A stretch of DNA of 64,000 nt from assembly GCF_006345805.1 (NCBI RefSeq), contig NC_043000.1:44020001-44084000 (forward strand), in the 5' to 3' direction. The notes beneath the pieces are model-generated. The model did no database searches. It was not told the origin of the DNA and worked only from the letters and a program-made list of their open reading frames with translations. Positions within the stretch are counted from its first letter, which is position 1. Every line of letters begins with the position of its first letter. Positions 28,136 to 40,682 of the stretch are shown piece by piece. The stretch comes from Octopus sinensis. Taxonomy: Eukaryota. A program made the translations under genes and the position numbers.

Positions 28136-29197
28136 TATATCATAAACATTTCATACGAGTGTTGCATATTTGCATAAGTGCGTCTTTATTAAGTAGGCTG
28201 CATGGCCAAAATATTAAAAAGTAAACTGTATATTTAGGCAAACTTAAGGAACATGCAATACTAACTCGCTATTGTAAATCACTTGAATATGAGAGGGACA
28301 TAACTTTCCGCAAAAGCGATTACGCTTTATCTCTACCCTTGCTTAATACTTAAAAGTCTTAAAGTTTCATACGGTAAAATGCTTCACTGTTTATATGCGT
28401 GTATGCTTTTATGTGTTTCCATGATGATCACAAGCAAAACAAAATCCTGTTACAAAGAGAAGCGTGTATCAATACAGATTTGATAACACGATTATTGTAG
28501 TATCGGTTCATTTATCTATTGTACACAAACTTAAAATATAAAAATTCTTAGTACTAAGCATTTAAAAGAAACAAGAATTATTAAACAATTCTGTAAGTGT
28601 TGATCGACGGAATCATAACAATGTTTCCACTTTCAATTAAAATGTAATATGGAATATTTCACCCACTGACAAACAAAATCGCTATAACAGTTTAGATGAT
28701 TTTATTGCTTAATCGGTTAGATAAGGAGTTTTAGCTTTAATGATTTATCCAATCAAACAGTAACCGGATTCTCAATCTTTTAATTCACTTAGTCAAAATT
28801 AGACATTACTCCTTCATGCAAATTGAGCTCGGCAGTCGATTTAACATGGAATAAACTAGCGACGATAGATGCAAAATATTTTTAATTATAGCATACATGA
28901 CGATGAAGTCCTTAAATATCCAGTACATTTTATTGTCTTTAACTTCTTTTTCACTGGGATAGATGAAGAAGTTTTGCCGAAGGTGGTTTTAAGTTTATAG
29001 GTCACTAAAATAACTTGTTTTTAAAACCAAGACAAATTCCACGAGAGAAAAAAACATAGGGGTTTACTAAAAAACTGATCAAGATAAAATTTAAAAGTAC
29101 AAATAATTTATGATCACCAATATAATATTTTTCATATGCATATGGTATTTTCCGAATAACTGATTCAGAAATATTAGACTATATATATATATTATAT

Positions 29198-29259
<62 letters not shown>

Positions 29260-29699
29260 GTGTGTGTGTGTGGGCGCGTATGTGTGTGTGGTGTGTGTGT
29301 GTGTGCATGTGTGGGTGTGTGTGCACTAAATGTTTTTTTAAATATGTCTATTATGAATGGGATGACTGCATCCATAAGAGAATTTATGTCGATATTGATA
29401 TTATAGCTCACCACGTGTAATACTAACTAGTGGTTATCATCTTGCTTATTTTACGATACTAAGATATTGAACAGCATTGAATGTTGCTACACAAATGTCT
29501 GTGATATGAAATATAGCTACGACTTTCCCCAACGAGATATACACGCTTAGCCCAAGTAAACTGAGTTCAACATTACGAAAAATTACGAATTTCTTTCGAG
29601 TATGTTATGTACAAAACACGTCACTACACACGCACACACAGAAACACTCACACAGACACACACACGCACACACACACACATACACACATATATATATAT

Positions 29700-29733
<34 letters not shown>

Positions 29734-29807
29734 ATATATATATACACATATGTATAAACACACTCAGGCAAACACACACTCACACACACACACACACACA
29801 CACACAC

Positions 29808-29860
<53 letters not shown>

Positions 29861-29911
29861 ATACTAATATCAACCTGCAATAACAGTTTTGAATATAGCA
29901 ACTATAATAAC

Positions 29912-30058
29912 CTCTGTACTTGACTAGCACTAAATGTGTTGACCTTGAAGAGATGAAAGGCGAAATCGACCTCGGCGAAATTTGGACCCAAAGTGTAAAG
30001 ACGGGCGATATGGTGCAAAGTATTTTGCCCGGCGTGCTAACGATTCTGCCAGTTCGCT
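29912..30058 (-). mobile_element. SINE family B
   Basis: gatgaaaggcgaaatcgacctcggcgaaatttg..ttgcccggcgtgctaacgattctgccagttcgc. Confidence 0.85.
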
Positions 30059-30179
30059 TCCTTAGTAATAATAGAATCCATGGATGGAATTTACTACGCT
30101 CGTTGCCGCTAATCTTACGATCACAGTGCGTATTCTTGGGATATATATGGTACAATCTATAGTACCTATGGGCATCGGG

Positions 30180-31060
30180 TGGATCGTAGTTCGTGTACTA
30201 TTTCATCAGGCGACATTGCGTTAAATTATTTGGGGTATGCTGGTAGTTCTCTGTGTATTTGTTAGGGAAGGATAGAAGGTGATGGATAGACAAGACAGAA
30301 AGAAATGGTAATGATAAAGGGGAGGGAAGAATCTTTGGGTACTGTAGCTCCAATTTCAACTTTGTGTGTGAAGATGTTGGGATGGTTAGTATATTTCATT
30401 GGTTGACATCACTCACAAATGAGAGTGGGATGAATATAGCAACTATAATAACCCTAGTGTCTTCTAGGCATAAGTTACACATTCGCGTTTTTCTATTTCA
30501 TGGTCTAATGTTTTAATTATGGACCAGTTAGTTGAATGAACCACACCATTCCGTTTAAGCCTCCAGATGAAGTTAGATAATGATGCACAGTGCCTTTTGT
30601 TTTCATTGGGAAATGAAGTAAATTGGTTGCGCAAACGATTATTCATAATGTCTCTGGTACCATAAATGTAAACAATATTTTCGTACTCATCTTCAGTTCA
30701 TATTTCTAAACCACGTTCTTTACCATACAATTGTTATTAAATTTACATTGACTTTTAGGGCTGAAGTTACGTGTTTTTGTTATATTTTTTCTGGTTTTGC
30801 AAGCAGAGTTATTATTAGTACTTACATTCTCTCTTCCTCCTGCAACAGTGTTCTTTTTTTTAGGTATGGATTGTACTGCCGATGGTATGGCGCTACTTGG
30901 ACCTGCTCTTGTTATGCAGAATATTCTATCGTTCATATTCAACATTGTTGTTTATTATGTATTGTTGTGCAGGTTTTCCGCAAAGCCCCTCTGTTTTTAT
31001 CTTATTGAGTGTTATGGTAATTCATTTCATTATGTAGTGTTCTAAATTGTGTGATATCGG
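30180..31060 (-). mobile_element. Penelope-like element 3' remnant (GIY-YIG endonuclease region)
   Basis: SQCKFNNNCMVKNVV then IVYIYGT..MNNRLRNQFTSF.NE..RHCASLSNFIWRLK...WSIIK...C; this matches the PLE pattern CPL.G.C...VVY..YIG.T..FK.R..NH..SF..T.LS.+IW.LK..W.I. Frameshifted. Confidence 0.8.
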
Positions 31061-31099
31061 ACATGCTAATTATACATTATGTCTGTTAACGAATTTCTG

Positions 31100-32010
31100 A
31101 TATTTGCAAGATTTGGGAACGTTCCTATCTAACGCTAACCATATATAAATGGTTGAAGAAAACAACATGCAATTCACTCCGGGAAAATTCTGACCCCCTC
31201 CACTATAAGTTAGTTTCTGCAAACATGTTGCAACAAAGACCCGAACAGGAGTAGCAATCCCAGAGTGAAGTACAATGCGTGACCTGGGAATTGATATAGT
31301 ATTCTCGTTTCACGTGCATATCTAGATGGTAGCAATGTACGGGCGAATGGCGAGATGGATACCGAGAATTTCAGAACGAGGGACCAGGAGGATATGCTGG
31401 TTCTATGGAGAGCATCTGCTCTTAGCTTACTGGACTACTGCTGTCAATTGTGGCCACACGACAATCAATACCGAAACGGGATACTCTCCAATGGTGTTAC
31501 ACTCGCTGACAGGAACATTGCCTCACTGGAACAGCTGAGATACTGAGAGAGAGAGAGATTAAAAGTGCTACGACTCTACTCCCTGCGACGAAGACGGGAG
31601 AAATATGTAGTGATATACATATGGAACATCTTGGAGGGGATGTCATTAAACTTTGACATTGAAAGCTACACCATCCACCTCACTGCAGTGCACAGCACCA
31701 TTCCAACGGTTCCAACCAACCCGTCTCGGTTGAAGACAATATACTGCCACGGCTCTAGAATGAAGGGACCACGGCTGTTTAATACCTTGTCAAAGCATGA
31801 GGGATCTACATGGAGTAGCGGGTAGATGTTTCTTTTTGGAAAAAACTTGACTTCTTGTTGTCCAAGATTACAAATAAACGACAGTAAAATTCAAGAATGC
31901 ACCAATCTCAAGCTCCCACCATTCAGTAGAACCAATAACTAAAAAATGGCGGTGTTCATATGTGCCCACAGACTGTGGGCTGAAATGCATACAAGAATAA
32001 AATAATATAT
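31100..32010 (+). mobile_element. CR1/Jockey-group LINE 3' remnant (RT C-terminal region plus 3' UTR)
   Basis: ENNMQFTPGKF; RDLGI; FRTRDQEDMLVLWRASALSLLDYCCQLW; LRLYSLRRRREKYVVIYIWNILEG; KGPRLFNTL. Frameshifted. Confidence 0.85.
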
Positions 32011-32054
32011 ATGTGTATATATATGTGTGTATGTAGATGTATTTATAACATACA

Positions 32055-32094
<40 letters not shown>

Positions 32095-34520
32095 TTTAAA
32101 ATGAAGATTAAATGAATTTGTGACAGCGTCTGCAGTTATACGGATTATTTGAATTGTGTTAGGTTAGAAATAAAGATAAATCGAGTAGTGAATGAGACGT
32201 TTTGTATGATAAAACGTCAATGAAATTGTACTTATTTGTTTGAAAGCACAATGATCTATAATGTTTTCAGAAATCTATTATGTTTTACCCTGCTGTAAAC
32301 AACTTTCCATTAGTCATGTGAAACTAGAAAGATGTATATAATACATTTTAGAAGAATATTTAGAAGAAAATTGTATATTGGGAGATTATTGTCGTTGCTG
32401 ACATATTTTTCGAACTGGAAAGCTGTTAGCATGAGACAAGAATTGAATTTAATCATTTGCTGTTGCAAAATCAGCTCCATCAGTATGTATCATTAAACAA
32501 GAGAGCTTAGGAGTAATTTACCAAGCTGATGGAAATAGATGTGCATATTCCTTTGTTAATCTATTAAGAAAATAAAAAGACAAATTGAAGATTAATTTCA
32601 TATGGGCAGGCAAAGTAGGCGATCTGTTTATGAATTGAATATATTTGTTTATAAATCTGTATTTCAGGGGAAACATAAATGCAGACTTACCTCTTGTTAA
32701 CTTACATTTATATAATCGTAATTGGAAACAATAAATGATTTCCTAGGTAAGGCCAATGTTATCATTTGTAGTGCAGTATGCTTTATTTATAAATTCATTA
32801 GAAGAAAAAAACCTTCATAATTTTGCAGGATTTCAAATATTTGTGATAGTGAAAGATTTGACATTCAGGTCGGAAACACAACATGCTTGGGAGGTGAAAT
32901 ATGAGAAATGATGTGTATCTAAGTTGTGAACTACCAACTTATGAAAAAGAAACTTGTCCGAAGTAGCGAAATTAGTAACAACTGTGGGGGGAAATATATC
33001 GCTGAAAGATACATGCAACCTCTATATTTCGATCTGAATAATTTCAAATCAGACTGGTTTCGAAAGATTTCTGTCTATTCAGTGAAAGACATTTCATATA
33101 AGTACGCAAGTTCCATTGTCAAAGACAAACACACAGACGAACTCAGATACACACACACACACAAACACACACGTACAAACATACACACACTGACGCATAG
33201 GATATTATATTTGGATGATTCAGTATCGAAATACTGAAATACATTATAGATTGCTCTCTTTGCAGCAGCCAATTTTAAACGGATATATATGTGTATATAC
33301 GGGAACGCGCGCATGCGTGTATGTGTGTGCGCGTGCGCAATCGAAATGCTGTAAAGATGGATAGAGATATTATTCAAGATACGTAGTGAAATCGTCTGTT
33401 ATAGAACGGTATTAATTTGTATTTTCGGTATACACATTCACTAAGTTTTATAGTCAGTGTATGACGGCGATGATGTAGTGGGATGTAAATAAGCCCGTTT
33501 TTTACTAATCATACATCTGGTCGACTAAAATTACATAGAAAAGGAAATATATTTTGCCATTCTTTGCTTTAATTTACTGGAATACCTCCGCTAAGTATTT
33601 TATAATAATGTAGGAGAGATTCTAAAAGTAAAATAAAGCTGACTCCAACATTATTGATCAGTGTTTGTGTCAAATGGAAGGGGAGACATATTTATCAGTT
33701 CTGCTAGTTTAATGTACCTATCGTGATGTGTTTCATTTCGTTATAGAATTCTAATTAATCTGTGAGGCCGATAAGTACAACCAACTAGATAGATGAAGAT
33801 AGATTGAAGTAACGAGAAATATAAAAGAAAATTAGTATCCATTAAGAAAAAAGAATTCCACGGTTAGAAGTTTTTAGATTGAAATTAAATTTTGTAAAAC
33901 AAATTAAAATAAATAATATAATAAAATGACAACAGGATTAGTTCAATATGTCTCATTTTTTTAGACGATACAGTATAATACAATACAACTACTATGTAGA
34001 ATAATGTACGCTATAGAAAGGCAACCAAGAAAAGAGAGCGAAAATTAATATATTTATCTATTAAGATTATTCATTTGCGAAAGCTTGAAATTTAAAAAAA
34101 TAATTGAGAACAATGTTACACTGATTCACTTATTAGACGAAAATTTCCAGTTAAATTTGCAGCGCATGCTCGAAATATAAGTTACACCTAGATTCCTTCC
34201 ATTATACTTTCGTATACTATTCATAATAGTATATAATTTCCAACTTTTCACCTCTAATCAATTTACATAACGATTGGACTACTACTTCATAGGGGTAAAA
34301 ATGTGCTCGCGTAGGGCCAGCAATACTACCTAGAAAACAAAAACAAAGTTGAAGAAGAATCGATGACAATTAATGAAGAGAATACTTGAAGAGAAGGGTC
34401 TTCCATCAGCAAAATCCGAAAAAAAGTTGCTGGAAGAGTAGAAATGTAACTGGACAGGAGCAAAGATGATCCACACTCAAGATTAATGGAGAAAAGTCGA
34501 CGACAGACTATGCTTTATAC

Positions 34521-34815
34521 CAGTATTTCTCAACCGGGGTCCGTATGGCCCCTGATGATCCATATAAGATTTTTGGCGATCCACAATGACATTTTAAGAA
34601 CTCTTAAAAAATTGGCTTTTGATGTATGTATTGGTATGTTTCAAGAAACGCTCATTCTCTAGCCTTTTACATGGTTCAACCTATAAAACTTAATGTTTGA
34701 AAAACAAAATAGGAATTTTGAAAGAAATTCCATAAAAGTAGATTTTTAAACATCGAATGACTACGGAGGTCCACTAGAGTAAAAATAAAGTAATCAAAGG
34801 GGTTCATATGTAGAC
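34521..34815 (+). mobile_element. hAT-type MITE fragment (one TIR)
   Basis: Begins cagtatttctcaaccggggtccgtatggcccc, resembling CAGTGGTTCTCAACC hAT/Charlie termini. The opposite TIR was not found. Confidence 0.5.
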
Positions 34816-35617
34816 ATTTGATGCGAAAACCTGCTCGATAGGTAGCAAAGGGATTAGCTAAGTAATTTAGGGACTCAGTTTGCAATTTCCCTGCATCGTG
34901 CTTCACGTAGTGAAATGTTTACCACGTTATGAAGCTAAGATATGAGTGAGGAAACTTTAATCTCAATTATTTAGTCAATCCCGTTGTATAGGTTTGTGAT
35001 AGATGTGTAGAATTAAACGATACAAATGATATTGACATGTAAATATGTTAGAAATAGTGTGCTTCATCGTAGAGTAAAGAAAAAACCTTCAAGATCGTTT
35101 ACGAATTATTGAAACACAGAATTCAGACCAGATATTTTGCACATGCACTTGTGAGTGTTAATACGAAACAAACCAAACGATGAAGCGTGTTGAATTGTGA
35201 ACACATAGCTGCCCATCCAGTCATTATTTCTACATTACATATTAATACATGTAATATAGCAATAATTGAATTTGTTATTTACTTACTTTGAAATCGCTAA
35301 TGTAATATATCAGTAAGAATATTTGAGTTAGATATTCTGTAGTAATATTACCTTCTCCTTATTATCTCAAGCTTCTTATTAGATATCGTTACACCTGGTT
35401 CTCTTCAATAGTTTTTATATGAAATTTGCTAAATGTTTGTGTTTGGGTGTATACATGTGAATGTACGTGCGAACGTGCGTATGTTTTCATAATAGTAATC
35501 TCACTCTGTATGTTAATGTCTATATGTATATTTATGTAAGTGCTGTATATACGATTTTAACATGCATATATATAATTCTATACAGACTATTTATCTATCT
35601 ATCCATCTCTCTCTCTT

Positions 35618-35677
<60 letters not shown>

Positions 35678-36426
35678 TAGATAACAAACTTATAAACATA
35701 CACCCATATATATGTGTGTGAGTGTGTGTGTGTATGTATAATCATATACATGCAAATATTACTTACATATTCAAACATATATACCTGTGGTAGGGCGAAT
35801 TCATTTTACGTATGCGTCTTACATATTTTAGCTGATATTCTCTACATTTTTCAATCTATAATGAATTTGACCTATCCTACAAATAGGGCTACCTATAATA
35901 ACTGAACTCAATTATAAAATTCTTTTCTCTTTCTGTTCATTATCATTTAGTGGGTACGGGGGATTTCTTTTTATTTCACCTTTTCTATAGTTATTGCTGT
36001 TATTGGTCTTGTTATTCTCATTTCTGATAGTCATTAGCATTGTTTTCCATTCTTATTTAGATTTCCCTCTCCAGGTTTGATATTTGATTTGATTTGCTTT
36101 TCTTATGATAATTTACTCGAATAATTCTCTAGTAATTTCTGTTTCTTGCAGGCGGTAAACAAAGCAAAATATAGAACTCAGTAAAGGAAATATATGAAAA
36201 ATGTTTGAACATTTTCTAATCAAGAGAAAGTTTTAATTATACAATGTTGCCACTGTAAACACGATGCATTTACGTCAAATTAGCGAGCAGATTTTCTGAA
36301 TAAGCGCGGGCGTCTTTGCTTGTACGTGTGTATATTTGTTTCCTCATGAATAAATATGTATATTTATGAGTATATAAAGTATATGCATATATATATATAT
36401 ATGTGTATATTTATGAATGTATAAAG

Positions 36427-36465
<39 letters not shown>

Positions 36466-36507
36466 TATATATTATATATATATATATACATAAGTATACA
36501 TACCAAT

Positions 36508-36554
<47 letters not shown>

Positions 36555-37569
36555 TCCTAAGTACACACAGAGACACACACACATAGACATTCACACTCAT
36601 ACACACTCACACATACATGCGCGCGCACTCACTGACACGCATACACACAATTATATGGCAATCCGCTTATTCTACATGGTAAGGATGTATTATTTGGGCA
36701 CCAAATACTGCAATGTTGGACATGAGATATTCTATTATATGGTCGTACGAGCCTAAAAGAAAATTTACGTATACCCCTAGCAATGCACCCCGGCGTTGCC
36801 CTGGTGTGATTACCTACAACCACATTGCATTATATGTTAATTTCTCACGGGCAGAATCGGCACACGATGAGTATCAAGCAAGCAACTCTTCTTTATAAAC
36901 ATATTTTTCTGTCATTTCTCATGAACAATGCTGACATTTGTGACATCAAAAACATACAATTGCAGCTCAGAAATCCTAATATTGCCCAAAAAATGACACG
37001 AAATTGTGCGGCCCAGCCTCGTTTTGGTGTTGGTTTTTGTAGTAAACAAATGTTCTTGTGCCCAAAACTTACTTTACTTTATCTCATGCATCAATATTTC
37101 AACTCAGTCTCATGCCTACAAATCGGGTAATGTAGGAGCTGAAATATTTATTACGTATAAGAACTATTTCAGTGATAACTGTGAACAACACACATATACA
37201 TTAGTTTCCTCCAATGAAAAGGCCATTTTCAAAAATATTATGATGTTCGTCAAGCATATTTGGTATTAGTTTATATGAATGTTCAGGCCAACAGAATAAC
37301 AGAAGAGACTTTTGGGGCTCTATATATACATACATATATAAGGATATAAGTTACGAGTAAACAGGGTTAGTGATGCAGGAAGTTTGGCATAAATATATAG
37401 GGACGCTGTGTTTTTTCAAAGTAAATGGATTATGCTGGTATGCAGTAATGCTGGCAGTAGAAATGGTGCGATGTATTGCTACATGGTTGATGAACGTTGA
37501 ATGCCTAAGACATAAAGTAAAGTATATTAATAAGTTGCGCGAGAAAAGGACTTTGTTTTGCTTTTGAGT

Positions 37570-38030
37570 GCAAACATGCGAAAGTAGGGATTCGCGGCTT
37601 AGACATGTAAAGAAATCGTTGCTGAACGAGTACCTGTGCGAGTGTTGCCGGTTGCTGTATACGTAGAGAGATGATGTTGATGTTAGGACGAATGCTGGCG
37701 ACAGAGATGGAGGTCCAAGTGGCTGCTGTTGTGCTGTCGCTGGAACTGGCTGTGTCCCGTGTGGTCATTGGCTAGACATTAGAGTGTCTGGAACCGAAAG
37801 ACATCGACTCGATGTGTCGCTAGAGTTTTATACTGATAGTCGGCGCAAACTGAGGTTTAGAAGAGACTGCCTCACGTGACCTTATCAGAAGACTGCCATT
37901 GGTGGGTTGCATATTGGCGCGCAACAGAGCAAGAGACAAATTGGGTCAATACCAACCAATCAGAGTATTTGACACAACAGAGTCCAAACGGGCGGCCGAA
38001 GGCTAGCTGTTATCTACTACGTCCGTACTA
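37570..38030. promoter_or_regulatory. CpG/GC-enriched promoter-like island with clustered CCAAT boxes, E-box and GC box
   Basis: cattggct (~37766; AGCCAATG on minus), ccattgg (~37897), atattggc, aattggg, aaccaatcag (~37954), tcacgtga (~37872), gggcgg (~37990). GC and CpG are clearly above the flanks, and no TE motif is recognisable. Confidence 0.5.
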
Positions 38031-40545
38031 ATGTATATATAACGGAGAGAGAAAAGAATTTCCCTCAAGTCTTACGCTACAAAGTAAAGAAAAGAGGGAC
38101 AGACAGAAACACAAAGAGAAATCAAAATGAAAGGAAGGTAGAAAAATAACCGAAATGTGATTAATGAAATGTGTTATTGTTGTTTTCATTTTAATTATAA
38201 CATTAAAATATTGGGTATGAAGGAGAGACATTAATGGAGAATAAAAGAGCTGAGAGAAGAAGTGTGACTGAAAGAAACGAGCAGAAGTGGAAACAAACGT
38301 GTTACAATGGTATACGGAAAGTAAAAATTAGGATATAATTACACTGACAATTTAGTGATAGAAACACAAGGAAGCTCCATAGAGATAGAAACAGAAATAT
38401 CCTCGGACTGATAGAGAAAGGGAGAGAGGGGGGAAGAGGAAGAGGAAATTGAGATAGACTCAGAATGTGTGAGAGAGAGAGTGGGAGTGCGAGAGGATGC
38501 AGCATACACAGCAGAAATAACACGAGAAGAAAGTAATACGTCTTCACTGAGTCGTTGAGTAAGGAGCAGCAAATATAGAACAATCACAAACATCGGTATG
38601 AGGATAGTTCTGTATTAGGATACACTGAGGCTGACGAAGAAAATGAATGGAGAGATATCAAACTGTGGCACACACACACACACATGCACACACACAAACA
38701 CATATACTTACATACACATACAGATATACAGAGACGCATAAATGCATATTTAGATGTACACAGAAACGTACATACATGCGCACACACACATATATATAGT
38801 TATACGCATTCAAGTGTTTGTGCATACATTCTTATTTTCGTATGATGAATGTAGTGTATGTAAAAGAGAGAAACAGAAAGATAGAGAGAGCGTGAGAGAT
38901 TGACAGAGAAAGAAACATTTCGTATGGCGTCTGATATGTAATAAATTAGTTGTTTCATGAAAAGTGATAACCTTATGTCAGTAAGTGACACACAGACATT
39001 ATTACTAGACTCTATAAATTACCAAAAATACTATTTCATAAGAAGCCTACGCAACATACAATAAACCGACCTGCCAAAACTATCCAAACAATTGTTATTC
39101 ACACAAATTTATTACTACTATTCCCATCACTACCTCAGTGATGTGCTACACGTAGCTTCATTGTGTATTACATCGATCCATACGCTCACTCCCACACAAA
39201 TACGTAATTTTATTTTCACTTCTACTATTTAAGCCCTCATTTTAACGACCCATAACACCTCATAATTCGATCTCTAGTTTCATTGCTATAATGTCTTGCA
39301 ACTGTACCAATCACTATTCTAATCCAAATATATAAATATGGTTGGAATAAGTTTGAGTACAGGCAAACTGCACAGCCCTAAGTCGGAAATTCACTACATA
39401 AGATTATTTAGGGAACTTATGAATGTTTCTGTGGTATTCAGTACTATGTTGACTTATCATTTGTGGGCAAATATTTAGAAGTGATGTTGACATTTCTCCC
39501 TAATTTTCCTATATAATTTTCCTATTACCTATATAAGAAAACATGCATCTGTGCATTACTGGCCGAGGCATATTGGATGGCGGGAAAAATAAAAAAATTA
39601 GGAAAAATAATGTTCTGCGAAATCTATGTGTGTAGTTTTCCATTGATTTCACATTACAGTTTGAATTCCGACACACTCAGTTCTGACTTCCAAATTTCTT
39701 GATTAATGAAAATTTTACCAACCCATTATGGGACGTGATTTTTATCGAATTTCCCAAACAATGTAGGGTTCTATGGTTGTTATTCCATGACAAACGAGTG
39801 TAAAGAGATAATTCTTCTGGTATAAGCAAATGATTAAGAATGTGTCTAATTATGAAACGACTTCAGCCTGTTTTGACGTATGCAATGTTAAATTAGAAAG
39901 CAAACTACGAAAAGATTTTATCAGTTTAGTGAAACAACAGAGTTTTCTGAAAAATAATCACCAACAACAGTCACAAAATATGCAATAACTGAGTCCAAAT
40001 TTGTGAAAATACAATTCTGCCAGAAAACTAAATATTATATACCCAAAAAGACACCGAGTTGTCAAAGTAATTGCATGTAAAAGAAAATGCATTTCGAATT
40101 TTATTTATCACCACGTTTTGAATAAAAATTCCTCGGGGTGTCAAATATGGAATAAGTTAGTATAAAACAGTGGTAAAATTAATTCGCCAGTTTTATTAGT
40201 GATGCAAAATGGCACCTCAACACAATCGGAGAAACCACTGATGAATGTCAGCAACTGAAGAAATCCATGCACATAACATAAATTAAACCACTTAAGCAAG
40301 CACATATTCTTCGAACGTCACGGCTAAATCAAAATAAAATAATGTAATCTATAAATTTTATACACATACACATACACATATCTAGCTTGGGCACAGTTGT
40401 AGCTGTCTGGTAATGAGTGTGTGTTTCCAACTACATGGTTTCAGGTTTAGTCAGTCCTGCTACGTGGAACCATCTTTTACAGCCTCAGACCGACGAAAGA
40501 CCATGAGGAAGTTATAAAATGTATAGAGAGAAAGTGGAAGAAATC

Positions 40546-40650
<105 letters not shown>

Positions 40651-40682
40651 GGAGTGGCTATGTGGTAAGTAGCTTGCTTACC

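Noticed and set aside
40236-40275. CTGATGA...GAAA (ccactgatgaatgtcagcaactgaagaaatcc); similar CTGATGA at ~3857, 6588 (minus), 34553, 62396 (minus)
   Set aside because: No NUH triplet or stem I/III pairing; expected by chance.
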